A DNA stretch of 64,000 bases from Macrostomum hystrix (lineage: Eukaryota; Animalia; Platyhelminthes), in the NCBI GenBank assembly GCA_950097015.1, contig CATNEN010000038.1, positions 20,212,001 through 20,276,000 of the forward strand. The letters are read 5' to 3'. Shown here piece by piece: positions 1 to 14,087 of this stretch. Within the stretch, counting starts at the first letter, position 1. Each line of letters starts with the position of its first letter. A model generated the notes under the pieces. The model was not told the DNA's origin. It was given only the letters and a program-made list of their open reading frames with translations, and made no database searches. The translations under genes and the position numbers were made by a program.

Positions 1-622
1 TCTTAGCCAGTGTCTCATCTTAGCCAGTGTCTCATCTTACCGTCTCTCATCTTAGCCAGTGTCTCATCTTAGCCAGTGTCTCATCTTACCGTCTCTCATC
101 TTAGCCAGTGTCTCATCTTAGCCAGTGTCTCATCTTACCGTCTCTCATCTTAGCCAGTGTCTGATCTTACCCAGTGTCTCATCTTACCCAGTGTCACATC
201 TTAGCCAGTGTCTCATCTTAGCCAGTGTCTGATCTTAGCCAGTGTCTCATCTCACCCAGTGTCTCATCTTACCCAGTGTCTCACCCAGTGTCTCACCCAG
301 TTTCTCATCTTACCCAGTGTCTTATCTTACCCAGTGTCTCATCTTAGCCAGTGTCTCATCTTAGCCAGTGTCTGATCTTACCCAGTGTCTCATCTTACCC
401 AGTGTCACATCTTAGCCAGTGTCACATCTTAGCCAGTGTCTCATCTTAGCCAGTGTCTGATCTTACCCAGTGTCTCATCTTACCCAGTGTCACATCTTAG
501 CCAGTGTCTCATCTTAGCCAGTGTCTGATCTTAGCCAGTGTCTCATCTCACCCAGTGTCTCATCTTACCCAGTGTCTCACCCAGTGTCTCACCCAGTTTC
601 TCATCTTACCCAGTGTCTCACC
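1..622 (+). repeat. 17-bp minisatellite (POLR3A intron)
   Basis: Unit tcttagccagtgtctca. Confidence 0.95.
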
Positions 623-797
623 TGACCTATTTCTTATCTCTACCATGTCTTGTCTTTGGTGCAAATTTTGCATGCTTTAAAAGGAAAAAATTATAGTTCA
701 GCCACGGAGTTTAGCTTTACGTACATGTTCTTGGAAAAATATAATTTTCAAGTACATTTTATTTTTTAATTCGCTTTTTAAATCGCATTTTAAATAG

Positions 798-3700
798 GTA
801 CGAGCCGGCACTACGGAAGATGACATAACAGCTAAGCTTAGCGACATCGCCTTCCTAAATCGAGACGTGCTCAATAAACAGGCCGCTTCAAATCGCGACA
901 TGGTAGCTTTGCAGCAGGCGTGGGATATTCTTACCTACGTCACTGCTCAGATGATCAATTCGGAGAATAGCGGCATACCAACGCAGCTGCTCGGCAGTAG
1001 GTCGTTTGTTCGTGGCTATATTCAACGTTTAAAAGGCAAACAGGGCCGATTTCGCGGTCACCTGTCTGGCAAGCGAGCTAATTTCACTGCTCGCACCGTG
1101 ATTAGCCCCGATCCGAACCTGCGTATTGATCAGGTAAGAGGCTTGGCTAGGGGTTAGGTGTAACCTAGGTTAATAATAATAATAATAATTGCAGGAGGGC
1201 TGCGGGCAATATGTCACTTCATTAGGTGACACTAGACCCTCAGCCAGCGAGGAGGCAATTCTGCTCATTCAGCTGACTCCTGAGCACACAGATACCGTAC
1301 GCAGCCATACAAACAGGTGTGTACATCTGCCCTGACTTTCTCATCGTCAGTGGACACTGTCACTGTGCCTTGGAGGTTGGCCCTCAAGGGCGTAAATTAC
1401 ACAAGCCCCCAAGCCTTCACTTCGCGGCTGCGCCCAAATTTAATGCGGCCTCGCCTAAGAATCGAGCTCAGGGACCTTGGTGCGAGAGGCAGACACATGC
1501 CACTCTGACAACCGCTCTGCCACTCACCTGTATGTCAGAGCTCAGGTGTGGCCTATGTCTGGGTTTAGTTGTAACTATTTTAGTCCATAGACTGGCCCTT
1601 TAAAACGGTAGACGACTACTCCAAACATCTACGAGTACCTTAAATTGTCAAAGCTAAATAATAACTTATAGAGGCTTCATAAGCCGCTTTTCTGCAACTA
1701 GACTCAAACGATTGGGATACAATTTTATTTTATTTTCAAGCCGCCATACATTTTAGTCCGTTTTTTAATTGAGTCTCTTGTCCTACCTGTTCAGGTCGGT
1801 GTTCCCGAGTACATGGCCAAGAAGCTAACCTATCCAAGCCGGGTCACCAGCTTCAACATTGAACAACTTCGCCGACTAATCCGCAACGGCGCTCATCAGC
1901 ATCCGGGCGCGCTTTACGTCGAATCGCACGATGGTCGATTCCCGAAGCGTATGCTGGAGTTTTCCAATGAAAAATTTCGCTCCAAAATTGCCAGCGAACT
2001 GCGCTGCGGCGACACGGTTGAGCGGCACCTGATGGATGAGGACACCGTGCTGTTTAATAGGCAGCCTTCATTGCATCGTGTCAGCATTCAGGTAAGGCTT
2101 GTGGGCTAAAACGGTTGCTTTATCGACATTAAACTCCGAATATTCTATTCAGACTCCTGTAATTTACCCAACAGGCCTTTCGCGTGTCAGTGAAACCCTA
2201 TCGCACTCTGCGGTTCAACGAATGCTGCTGCACTCCGTTCAATGCCGATTTCGACGGAGACGAAATGAATCTGCACGTGCCCCAGACTGAAGAGGCTCGC
2301 GCCGAGGCTAAACAGCTCATGGCCTCCGTCAGGAACATGAGTACGCCAAGGAACGGTGAACCGCTAATTGCCGCCATACAGGACTTTATTACCGGAGCCT
2401 ACCTAATCACCTGCAAGGATGTGTTCTTTAATCGCGATCGAGCCGCTCAATTAGTAGTTCAGTGCCGGCCGCCTCAGGAGAAACACCTACCAATTAGACT
2501 GCCGAAGCCAGGTGTGCTACATATATTCTAGTCTCTATGGAACTGTCGAATTGAAGTTCAAATTTGAGTCACAAACTTCACTCTGATCCTCAACTCAAAT
2601 TTGAGTCATTAGCTTCACTCTGATCCTCAACTCAAATTTGAGTCATTAGCTTCACTCTGATCCTCAACTCAAATTTGAGTCATTAGCTTCACTCTGATCC
2701 TCAACTCAAATTTGAGTCACAAACTTTACTCTGATCCTCCACTCAAATTTGAGTCATTAGCTTCACTCTGATCCTCAACTCAAATTTGAGTCATTAGCTT
2801 CACTCTGATCCTCAACTCAAATTTGAGTCATTAGCTTCACTCTGATCCTCAACTCAAATTTGAGTCATTAGCTTCACTCTGATCCTCAACTCAAATTTGA
2901 GTCATTAGCTTCACTCTGATCCTCAACTCAAATTTGAGTCATTAGCTTCACTCTGATCCTCAACTCAAATTTGAGTCATTAGCTTCACTCTGATCCTCAA
3001 CTCAAATTTGAGTCATTAGCTTCACTCTGATCCTCAACTCAAATTTGAGTCATTAGCTTCACTCTGATCCTCAACTCAAATTTGAGTCATTAGCTTCACT
3101 CTGATCCTCAACTCAAATTTGAGTCATTAGCTTCACTCTGATCCTCAACTCAAATTTGAGTCACAAACTTCACTCTGATCCTCAACTCAAATTTGAGTCA
3201 TTAGCTTCACTCTGATCCTCAACTCAAATTTGAGTCACAAACTTCACTCTGATCCTCAACTCAAATTTGAGTCATTAGCTTCACTCTGATCCTCAACTCA
3301 AATTTGAGTCATTAGCTTCACTCTGATCCTCAACTCAAATTTGAGTCATTAGCTTCACTCTGATCCTCAACTCAAATTTGAGTCATTAGCTTCACTCTGA
3401 TCCTCAACTCAAATTTGAGTCACAAACTTCACTCTGATCCTCAACTCAAATTTGAGTCATTAGCTTCACTCTGATCCTCAACTCAAATTTGAGTCACAAA
3501 CTTCACTCTGATCCTCAACTCAAATTTGAGTCATTAGCTTCACTCTGATCCTCAACTCAAATTTGAGTCACAAACTTTACTCTGATCCTCAACTTGAATT
3601 TGAGTCCCTAAATTTACTCTGATCCCCAACTCAAATTTGAGCCATTAGCTTCACTCTGATCCTCAACTCAAATTTGAGTCACATACTTTACTCTGATCCT

Positions 3701-6700
3701 CAACTCAAATTTGAGTCATTAGCTTCACTCTGATCCTCAACTCAAATTTGAGTCACAAACTTTACTCTGATCCTCAACTCAAATTTGAGTCATTAGCTTC
3801 ACTCTGATCCTCAACTCAAATTTGAGTCACAAACTTCACTCTGATCCTCAACTCAAATTTGAGTCATTAGCTTCACTCTGATCCTCAACTCAAATTTGAG
3901 TCACAAACTTTACTCTGATCCTCAACTTGAATTTGAGTCCCTAAATTTACTCTGATCCCCAACTCAAATTTGAGCCATTAGCTTCACTCTGATCCTCAAC
4001 TCAAATTTGAGTCACATACTTTACTCTGATCCTCAACTCAAATTTGAGTCATTAGCTTCACTCTGATCCTCAACTCAAATTTGAGTCACAAACTTTACTC
4101 TGATCCTCAACTCAAATTTGAGTCATTAGCTTCACTCTGATCCTCAACTCAAATTTGAGTCATTAGCTTCACTCTGATCCTCAACTCAAATTTGAGTCAT
4201 TAGCTTCACTCTGATCCTCAACTCAAATTTGAGTCATTAGCTTCACTCTGATCCTCAACTCAAATTTGAGTCATTAGCTTCACTCTGATCCTCAACTCAA
4301 ATTTGAGTCATTAGCTTCACTCTGATCCTCAACTCAAATTTGAGTCATTAGCTTCACTCTGATCCTCAACTCAAATTTGAGTCACAAACTTCACTCTGAT
4401 CCTCAACTCAAATTTGAGTCATTAGCTTCACTCTGATCCTCAACTCAAATTTGAGTCATTAGCTTCACTCTGATCCTCAACTCAAATTTGAGTCATTAGC
4501 TTCACTCTGATCCTCAACTCAAATTTGAGTCACAAACTTCACTCTGATCCTCAACTCAAATTTGAGTCATTAGCTTCACTCTGATCCTCAACTCAAATTT
4601 GAGTCATTAGCTTCACTCTGATCCTCAACTCAAATTTGAGTCATTAGCTTCACTCTGATCCTCAACTCAAATTTGAGTCACAAACTTCACTCTGATCCTC
4701 AACTTGAATTTGAGTCCCGAAATTTACTCTGATCCCCAACTCTAAATTAAGTCCCTAAATTTACTCTGATCCCCAACTCTAATTTGAGTCCCTAAATTTA
4801 CTCAGATCCTCAACTCGAATTTGAGTCACTCACTTCACTCTGATCCTCACCTCTAATTTGAGTCACAAAATTTACTCTGATCCTCACCTCAAATTTGAGT
4901 CACTTCACTTCACTTCACTCTGATCCTCGATTCCGGGTTTAGTTAATCTCCTAAATTCTCAAAAAAAACTTTCAACTTTCAGCAATCTGCAAGCCAATCG
5001 AACTGTGGACTGGCAAGCAGATATTTTCCTGCATCCTGCATCCCTATCCTGTGAACCTGTCCACTCGGACCAAAGCAATCTACACAGACGGAGAAGAGTT
5101 CTGCTCAAATGACGGCTACGTGCTGGTCAGAGCCGGTCAGTTGCTAGCCGGTCGAGTCGACAAGAAAGTGATTGGCTCCGGCAGCAAAGAGAACCTAGTC
5201 TATCTATTGTTAAGAGACTTTGGCGGTGAAGCCTGTGCCATTGTGCTGGCCCGTCTGACTCGCCTTATACCGGCCTACCTGTCGCATCGCGGTTTCAGCA
5301 TCGGCATAGGCGATGTCACACCCGGGCCTCGCCTATTGGATGCCAAATCTAGTCTAGTTAAAAACGGATTTGAACGCTGTCGTGAGTTGATTCGTCAATA
5401 CGAGTCCGGCACTCTGCCTACTCAACCTGGCTGCTCAGGAGAGCAGACTCTAGAGAATGCTGTTAGTAAACAGCTGTCAGACATTCGCGACGATGCTGGA
5501 AAGGTGTGTACTTTGAAATTGTTTCCGATATTGGGTGTAAAATAGGCTTCTCGATGTCTTCTTAACGACTTGTTCATTGACATGTAGAGGGGGGGATTAG
5601 TGGCAGAATGGTCTATCGCGGTCTATCGTTGCCTCCAGCGACGAGGCGCGGTGAGAAGGCTTGGGGCTTGTCGTGCAGTTGACGCCATTGATGGCGTGTG
5701 TGAGCTTACCGACGAAGAAACTTTCAAAGCCGTCCGACGTCAGCCTCGTCGAAATATTTAGCGATTGTTGTCGAAGAGCCTGGTGACAAGGACAACAAAC
5801 ATGCATGAAGAAATTTTTTGAGCAGATAATTTATTAATTATGCCTATATTGGTGTTTTTGGCAGACACCACGACGAGAATCATGGAAATTGTTTCTTTAG
5901 GTAGAGCGAAACTTTCATGACGATTAGTTGAGTCTATTTTTGGAGATGCAGAGAATAAGAAAATGTGAATACTCACTACAAGCCCCTCAAACGCTATCTA
6001 TTCTGTAGGCCTGTCGTCGCGACCTTCACCCAGCCAGCGCACCACTAGTCATGGCCCACTGCGGCAGTAAGGGCTCATTTCTCAATGTTAGCCAGATGGT
6101 GGCCTGCGTTGGCCAGCAGATCATCAGCGGCAAGCGCACGCCAGACGGTTTCGAGGGCCGGTCTTTGCCGCACTTTCCTAGGCGTAGCCTTCTACCCCAG
6201 GCTAAGGGCTTCGTTGAGAATAGCTTCTTCAGCGGATTGACGCCAACGGAATTCTTCTTTCACACAATGAGCGGTCGCGAGGGTCTGGTTGACACGGCGG
6301 TGAAGACAGCCGACACTGGCTATATGCAGCGTAGGCTAATGAAAGCCTTGGAAGATCTGTGCGCTCATTATGATGGCACGGTGCGAGGAGCGCGAGGCGA
6401 GGTTGTACAGTTTTCCTACGGCGGCGACGGCTACGACCCTATGGAGATGGAGTCTAAGAGGTTTGTCATAATATCGACTGCATTTCAGGGCAAGCCCCCC
6501 AAATACTACGCGGCTGCGAATCGAGCTCAGGGACGTGTTGAAGTGCTTACTGACTTTTGATATGTGTATTTTTGTTGTAGACTAGTGGTTAGGGCAATGG
6601 GATTCATGACTTAAAGGTCGAGGGTTCGATTCCTAACTCCACACCGGAACAATCTGGGTCCTTTAGCAACGCAAGAATGATAATAATAATAATTTTAGGA

Positions 6701-9700
6701 AAGTTGTGAGTGCAATGCCCATTTCGCTGACTCCTGAGCACACACGCACACAGATACTGTACGCAGGCACACGCTCACACAGGTGTGTACATCTGCCCTG
6801 ACTTTCCCATCGTCAGACAGTGTACACCTTCACTATGCCTTGTAGATTGGCCCTTAGGGACGTAAATTACACAAGCCCCCAAGCCTTCTCTCCGCGGCTG
6901 CGCGCCAAGTTAATGTGGCCTCGCCTTGGAATCGATATCAGGGACCTTTCTACGAGAGGCAAACGCGTTAACCGATCTGCGTCTTACCCCCATTGCTGCA
7001 TAGCTTCATTCCATACAGCTGTTAAATAATTACCAGCATTAACTGGGGTAATTGAGGGTGTGTGGCGTCCCCCCAGTCCATGGACTGAACAACAGTGCTG
7101 TTGTCAGAGTGCTGTTGTCGATTGCACATCTGGCCCAATCAGGACAGGTTTAATTAAAAAATTTATTAAAATTGCAAATTTCCGCAGCAATCCAGTTGAC
7201 TTCGATCGTCTAGCCGATCTAGCTCGCACTCTTCACCTGGCCAAAGCTGCCGGTGGCGACGAGTCCGCAGCCGCCGTCAACTGCTCCTTAATCCAGGAGA
7301 GTCAGCACCCGGAAAATCAACGTCAGCCGTTGTCGGCCGCCTACAGGGCTGGCATGGAGGCGTGCGCCAAACGTCGCGGTCTAATTAGCCAGCCCTGGCA
7401 TCGGACCTACCTGGATCTGTGCCAGGTGAAGCATCGCCGGGCCCTAATTGAGCCTGGCACACCGGTTGGAGCACTGTGCGCCCAGAGCATAGGAGAGCCG
7501 GCTACACAGATGACGCTGAAAACTTTCCACTTTGCCGGCGTAGCCAGTATGAACATTACTCAGGGTGTGCCTAGAATTCGCGAACTAATCAACGCTATTA
7601 AAGCCATCTCTACGCCGATCATAACGGCCCGATTGAGTCCGGAGTCTGCTCGCGACGAAGGCCAAGCTAGACGCATTAAAGCTAGCATTGAGCCTACTAG
7701 ACTAGCCGAAATCTGCCTTAGTATCAGCGAATGCGTTGAACCAGACGAGGTTAGCATCCGATTGAAACTAGATTTGCAACGCCTGGCTATATTGAAACTG
7801 CGAACTAGTCCAAGAGCCATCGGAGCTGCCATTGTTGGGGCTAAGCTAGGCGGCTACAAGATTAAAGGCGTTGAAATGATGGGTGAGAGTTCTTGAAATG
7901 CATCTGTTAGCTGTCTTTTAAGTAGCTCTTACAGCTATGCCATTATTAAATGTCTCCTTGGCTAGTAGGCCAATACACCAGTTTGATTGACTCTTTGTTA
8001 AGCTCTTTCACCTGTTCCATTGTCTCTTTAGATAAGCTCTTTCACCTGTTCCATTGTCTCTTTAGATAAGCTCTTTCACCTGTTCCATTGACTCTTTGTT
8101 AAGCTCTTACACATGTTACAAGTACATTGTCTCTTTGGATAAGCTGTTGCACCTGTTCGATTCTCTCTTTAGATAAGCTCTTACACCTGTTCCATTGTCT
8201 CTTTAGATAAGCTCTTACACCTGTTCCATTGTCTCTTTAGATAAGCTCTTACACCTGTTCTATTGTCTCTTTAGATAAGCTCTTACACCTGTTCCATTGT
8301 CTTTTTAGATAAGCTCTTACACCTGTTCCATTGTCTCTTTAGATAAGCTCTTACACCTGTTCTATTGTCTCTTTAGATAAGCTTTTACACCTCCAGTTCC
8401 ATTGACTCTTTGGATAAGCCTGTACGCCTGTTCGATTGTCTGTTTGAATTAGTCCTTTATTACATAGCTTCTGAAATGTTTCTTAGAAGTAAAATGTCAC
8501 TGCTAACTGTCATCCCATACATCAATTATACCGCCCAATATGCTTGTCAGGCTCAGACCAGCTAGTTGTCTATCCGGCCGACGTAGCAACCATTCGTCAC
8601 TTGCGCACCCAGCTGGAGTCTGTAATTGTCCGCGGCATGCCCAGCGTCACTCGGGCCATCATTCATCGCGACAATCGCGACTCAGATTACACACTGTTTG
8701 TTGAAGGCAGCCAGTTAGCTCCTGTACTATGCGTACCTGGCGTTGACGGTACCAGAACCCAGTCCAACAGTGTACTAGAGATGGCCAGCGTCCTTGGCAT
8801 CGAGTCGGCTAGGGCCACTCTGGTGCGCGAAATGCTCGACGTCATGGCTGGCCACGGTGTTGAAGTCGACACTCGGCACGTCAGCCTACTGGCGGACCTA
8901 ATGACTCAGCAGGTGAAATTCTTGGCTTGCTAAAATTTTTGTATCATCAGTTATCGTGTTGCTAGGTACCAGAGATGCCTAATTAGTATTTTAGTATTCG
9001 TAAATAGTATACTTGCATTTGTTGTATTATTAATACTACTAATACTAGTAATATATAAAAACGAGTAGTTTAATTAGTAGTAGTAGTATTTTTATGATTG
9101 CACCTGCCACTATATTGGGCCAGACTTGCAGCCGACAGCAGCCGCAGCTATTGCGCTGCGTACGGCTGTTCAGTCCATGGACAGTCGGGGACGCCATACA
9201 CACCTTTAATTATCCCAGCTAATGTTGTTAGCCTGGTACCCATTTAGCAGCTGGATGAACTGAAGCATTGCAGAGTTATTGCTTATAGACACTAATTGTT
9301 CCGATAATGGAGTCACGAATCGAACCCTCGACCTTCAAGTAGTAGTATATGTATTGTTAGTATTACTGATTAGTATATTTATTAGCTAAATTTTCTTCTT
9401 CAGTTTGCATTTTTTAAATAGCAAACCAGCATCAGCTGTGGGAGATATTTTGGTGACTGAACAGCTGTTCTGAAATTAAGCATCGCTTTCCCCGGGTAGT
9501 ACCTCGGGTGTTTCAAATATCCACTGCCCACTTCACAATAGCTCCCAAACTGAATATTTTCTATTTTCGTGAAAGCTCAACGTTTAATGGATTAAAATTT
9601 TCCGCCCTTTACGATGAGCTAACTTTCAAAACAGTCTGACGTCAGCATCGTCAAGATATTCAGCGGTTCTTGTCGAAGACTCTGGTGACAATGGCCAACA

Positions 9701-10265
9701 TGAAGAAATTTTGTGAGCAGAAATATTAAGCCTATGTTTGTGGTTTTCGCCATCAGACACCCCGACGGGAATCGTTGAATATCTCGACGATGCCGATGTG
9801 TTGTGATTCTGGAAGTTGTTTCATCGGACAGAGCGGAAGATCTTAGCCTGTAGTCTGCATTTTCATGGCGATTGGTTGAACATTTTAAGAGATGCTGAAA
9901 AATATAAATGATGGTATTTGAAATACCCCCATAGTCTCTCTATTGTTAAAGGACATAATTGCGACACCTTCAACAACTCTTTGCTTATTTTTGTACAGGG
10001 CGAAGTTCTTGGCAATCAACGGCACGGCATAGCTAAACTCAAAGAGTCCGTACTCATGTTAGCCAGCTTTGAGCAGACAGCGGATCATCTATTTGAGGCG
10101 GCTTATCACGGCCAGACAGACGACCTGTCTGGAGTGTCCGAGTCAATCATTCTGGGCAAGCCAACCAGACTTGGCACCGGCCTATTCTCATTGCTGATGC
10201 AGCAGGACTCGGCTGTGGCCACGCCGCCAAAGCGACCAGTCATTTTCGACGCTTTTAAAGGATGA
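798..10265 (+). CDS. POLR3A: RNA polymerase III largest subunit RPC1, 3' part (8 exons in window; 5' exons lie upstream)
   Basis: Exons 798-1133, 1795-2091, 2175-2511, 4983-5503, 6009-6460, 7188-7882, 8551-8912, 9999-10265 join in frame through GT-AG introns. Motifs: [21 protein letters not shown], catalytic [62 protein letters not shown]. There is no Pol II CTD heptad tail. Confidence 0.95.
1170..1530 (-). mobile_element. Second tRNA-derived SINE family
   Basis: Highly similar to 6710-6965. Minus-strand head with a B-box-like gctcgattc and an (ATT)n tail. Fragments also near 5600-5695 and 6490-6535. Confidence 0.7.
2555..4930 (+). repeat. 37-bp minisatellite with a 14-bp palindrome (about 64 copies)
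   Basis: Unit aACTCAAATTTGAGTcattagcttcactctgatcctc. Confidence 0.97.
6575..7150 (+). mobile_element. CORE-SINE split by an opposite-strand SINE of a second family (about 6680-6990)
   Basis: Head at about 6575-6670 (ggttcgattcc) and CORE/tail at about 6990-7150. The interval matches the element at 1170-1530. Confidence 0.75.
7990..8440 (+). repeat. 34-bp minisatellite
   Basis: Unit agataagctcttacacctgttccattgtctcttt. Confidence 0.95.
9095..9340 (-). mobile_element. CORE-SINE copy, 5' truncated
   Basis: Shares cagtccatggac, ggtacccattt..cagctgg..tgaactgaagc and aatcgaacc with the other copies. Confidence 0.8.
9570..9920. mobile_element. Fold-back MITE-like interspersed repeat; other copies at about 5700-5975 (+) and 51760-52030 (-)
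   Basis: Shared ctttcaaa..gacgtcagc.tcgtc...catgaagaaatttt.tgagcaga; internal inverted repeat catcgtcaagatattcagcg / cgttgaatatctcgacgatg. Confidence 0.7.
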
Positions 10266-10739
10266 AATTTCATAGCTTTAATCAGTTTCTGTCTGACCGG
10301 CTGAGTATTTTTAGTGCATTTTTGTTTCTTGACTTAAATAAGCTTAAGAGAATCCAATCATGTCTACTCAAATTAGTATCTTTCGTTTTCTTTGGTGTGA
10401 TGGGTTTCGTGATTTATTCACATTGGAGTTATATTGTGTGCAATTTGTCTTATATAAATAAATATATAAATGAAGCAGTTCAATTCATTCTTGTCCTTGA
10501 TTTTGTTTGCTGTATAAGTACAACATGTCATTCTGTGTTTTTATTTTCTGTCTGTTTTAGGACAATTTTTTTACTAAAAATTAAACGCAAGACCAGAATG
10601 GAATAAGTTATAATCTACAATAACAGATATATTAGTTACAATTAGAAGTACCAGAAGTATTAGAAGTAACTAGTTCTTATAATGGGTTTCCCTTTTAATT
10701 GTAGGAGAACACAAATTATCCCCTTTTGATCAGAGTGGA

Positions 10740-11290
10740 TTGGATTCTCATTGGATTCTTGGAATCATAGTGATTCTCCTTCTATCCCTTGAATCACAGT
10801 GATTCTCCCCTGGATTCTAGGAATCATAGTGATTTACCCCTGGATTCTAGGAATCATAGTGATTTACTCCTGGAATTCAAGGAATCATAGTGATTCTTCC
10901 GTGGGATTCTAGGAATCATCGTGATTCTTCCCTGGGATTCTAGGAATCATCGTGATTCTCCCCTGGGATTCTAGGAAACATCGTGATTCTCCCGTGGGAT
11001 TCTAGGAATCATCGTGATTCTTCCCTGGGATTCTATGAATCATAGTGGTTCTCCCCTGGGATTCTAGGAAACATCGTGATTCTCCGTGGGATTCTAGGAA
11101 TCATCGTGATTCTTCCCTGGGATTCTAGGAATCATAGTGGTTCTCTCCTGGGATTCTAGGAATCATCGTGATTCTTCCCTGGGATTCTAGGAATCATAGT
11201 GGTTCTCTCCTGGGAGTCTAGGAATCATCGTGATTCTTCCCTGGGATTCTAGGAATCAGTGATTCTCGCTGGGATACTAGTGATTCTACG
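10740..11290 (+). repeat. About 31-bp minisatellite
   Basis: Unit gggattctaggaatcatcgtgattcttccct. Confidence 0.93.
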
Positions 11291-11414
11291 CTTTACTATC
11301 GATCTGTTATCATAACACAAAAAAGTTTTCCTTGCAGGCCCAGGCCCAGCTATACTCATCTAGTCTCAGCCCCAACCCACTCAGTTAGCCGTCTGCATTC
11401 AGTCAAGTTTGTCT

Positions 11415-13540
11415 ATGGCTGAAACGGATGGCATTTTGTCGCGCGTCGATGGCACCGTCGCCGACAACAATCCGGAGGCGTCGCCGCCTGTTACCCAGTC
11501 GCCGGCAGACGATCAGGAGCCGGAATTTCCCGAAGATGCCGAAGTTGATCCGCGCGTGGAAGACGAATTAGAAAAGATGAACATGGTCGCTTTACAATTG
11601 AACGAAGTTGAAACCACTTTACAGCAGGCTAGGAATAATTTTCGTTCGCTATTAGCCGAGACAGCTTCCCGGCTTGAAACTATTCAGGGTGGCATTGGTT
11701 CGGCCTGCGTTGAGAAGGCCAGGCCATTCTATGAAGCCAAGCGGCAATCCCGCCTATTGCAGATGGAGACACAGTCGGCTGCTCTGCGCTACGAGCGCTC
11801 CTGCGAGATGCTCGGCGCCGCCAAGGATCTGGTGCGCACAGCTGAGGCTTCCTGCCCGGCTACGGATCGAGGCGGACAGGTTTGCAGCTTGTTCTGCATG
11901 ATGGGTGATACAGTATGCGTTTTTCACCGCTTAAAACTACTTCAACCGTTACAAAAAAAACCAAGAGGCAGGGACAAACTTGGCTGAAAAAGTAACTATA
12001 GAACTGGCCCTCTAATCCCAGGAGTCTGCAAATTACTATTAGTCACCTCTCTTATCTCTTCTCACCACTCTTACTCTCGTCACATCTCATCTCTTCTCAC
12101 CTCTATCATCTTTTCTCACCTCTCTCATCTCTTCTCACCCCTCAACTCTTCTTACCTACCTTGTTTCTTCTCACCTTTCTCACCTCTTTCATATCTTCTC
12201 ACCACTCTTATCTCTCCTCACATCTCATCTCTTCTCACCTTTCTCACATTTTCTCACCTCTCCCATCTCTTCTCACCACTCTTATCTCTTCTCACTTTTC
12301 TCATATATTCTCACCTCTCTTTTCTTTTCTCACCTTTCTTACCTTTCTTTCTCACATTTCTCATCTCTTCTCACCTTTCTCACATTTTCTCACCTCTCGT
12401 TTCTCTTCTCATCTCTTCTTACCTTTCTCACCTCTCTCATCTCTTCTCACCTCTCTTGTCTCTTCTCACCTGTCTCATATCTTCTCGCTCACCTTTCTAA
12501 TCCATCAACAAGTGACTGACACCAATTAATTGACAAATCATCAACTAACGCAGGTGGACGAGACCTGGGCCATGATGCTCAACCAGGCCACAGAGAAGGT
12601 GGCCAAAGCGGAGGACGATCGGCGTTGCAGCGCCGCTGAGCACGCTCGCCTCACTGAGCTATTTGCCGGCGCTCAGACTCGCGTCCGCCTCATGGAGTCC
12701 AGCCTACGCGGTGTTATAAAAAAATCTCGGCCCTACTTTGAGGCCAATGCTCGCTACCAGCAGGCTTTAATAGAGCAGAAGCAACATGTGGAAGTGTACG
12801 AGGAAAAGGTGCGCATCTGTAAGCGTCTATATGACGAGGCCCTTCGAACTTTAGAAGCCATCAGCGAGTCCATTCACACTCGCCGACGTCAGGATAAGCA
12901 GAAGCAGCAACTGCTGCAGAAGCGAAACGCTCAAACCGAAGTTGAGCACGAAGATCAAGATCAAGCATTGTTTCTAGGCGAACGCGGTCAGGGCGTCGGA
13001 GCTGAAGATCCGCCCGATTCGCCTAACAAACTGGAGGAAGAAAACGCTAAAACCGTGACGGCGGCAGCAGCAGCAGCTGATCCAGCGGCAAAGCCACCGC
13101 TGCCGTCCACCGGTCCAGTGGCCAAACCGCGTCGACGGAAAAGTCTTCGAAATAGCGTTGCCACCCCGATTATGAGCCTACTGCAGGACGCCATGCGATA
13201 TGAACAGCAGCACAGGCAGCAGCAGCAGCAGCTGAGAGGCGGCCTGGCGCTTCCTAGATCTCCGTCGTCGCATTCGTCAGCCTCTTCGCTTGACGACGAA
13301 GTCTTGGCTAGCTTTGTTTTAGACCCTTCGCCATCTTTGGCGACAACGCCAACGTCGACTAGAAGTCAGAGCCCGATGCCGCCTTGTAACGCGCCTTCAT
13401 CTTCTACAGGAGTTGCTTTGCAGCAGCAGCAGCACACTCACCAGAGGACATTGGTGCTGGCACCTGAGTTGAGAAAGTTCTTGCACGCTTTAAATGCTTC
13501 TGAACAGCAGCAGCAGCAGCAGCAGCAAAAGACTGGCTAA
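11415..13540 (+). CDS. SH3BP5: SH3 domain-binding protein 5-like (SH3BP5/Parcas family), about 483 aa
   Basis: Exons 11415-11879 and 12554-13540. Family motifs VDPRVEDELEKMN, CVEKARPFYEA, WAMMLNQATEKV, IKKSRPYFE, YDEALRTLEAISESIHTRR. Confidence 0.88.
12040..12500 (+). repeat. CT-rich degenerate repeat (SH3BP5 intron)
   Basis: ttctcacctctctcatctc-type units. Confidence 0.85.
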
Positions 13541-14087
13541 ATATTCCATGACTTTGCAATGTTTTTCCTTCTTTTCGCATGTAGCAACACTTGAACATCA
13601 AAGTGTAGTTTTTTAATCACACTAAATTATCAAGCTATAAGGAGAACAGCTGCTGAATCAGTTTTATTAATAAATCTATCAATTCATATGTGCTTTCCTA
13701 CTATCTGAATCATCAATTCAACGTGATCTCCTGTCATGCGCTTTTGTTTCAAATTTTTATGCTGAGAAATATCCTAATTGTGTTATTGTAAAGAAACTGA
13801 ATAGAAGATTAGTTTTATTGTGCTTTTTACTTTTTTGTTACCAATTCAGTTCCCGTAGATAATCTAATTATATATTTGTTGTAAAGCTAAGAAAATGCGC
13901 TTGATTATTTAAAAGTACACATATCGCCTATTTATATAGTAATGGTAACTGTACCTCTTTTATTTTGGTTTTTTCATCTTTCTTAATTGAATACTTTGAA
14001 ATCTTTTTCAAAGCAAATACGAGCTACTTTGGTATAGATTTACTTTGCTTTGGTTTCTGAATAATTGACATAAAAGTTTATTCATGT

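Noticed and set aside
2555-4930. CRISPR-like array (37-bp palindromic repeat)
   Set aside because: Units are head-to-tail with no unique spacers, inside a spliceosomal intron, with no cas genes.
10262-10606. 114-aa hydrophobic ORF overlapping the POLR3A stop
   Set aside because: AT-rich 3' UTR containing AATAAA; F/L/I bias follows base composition.
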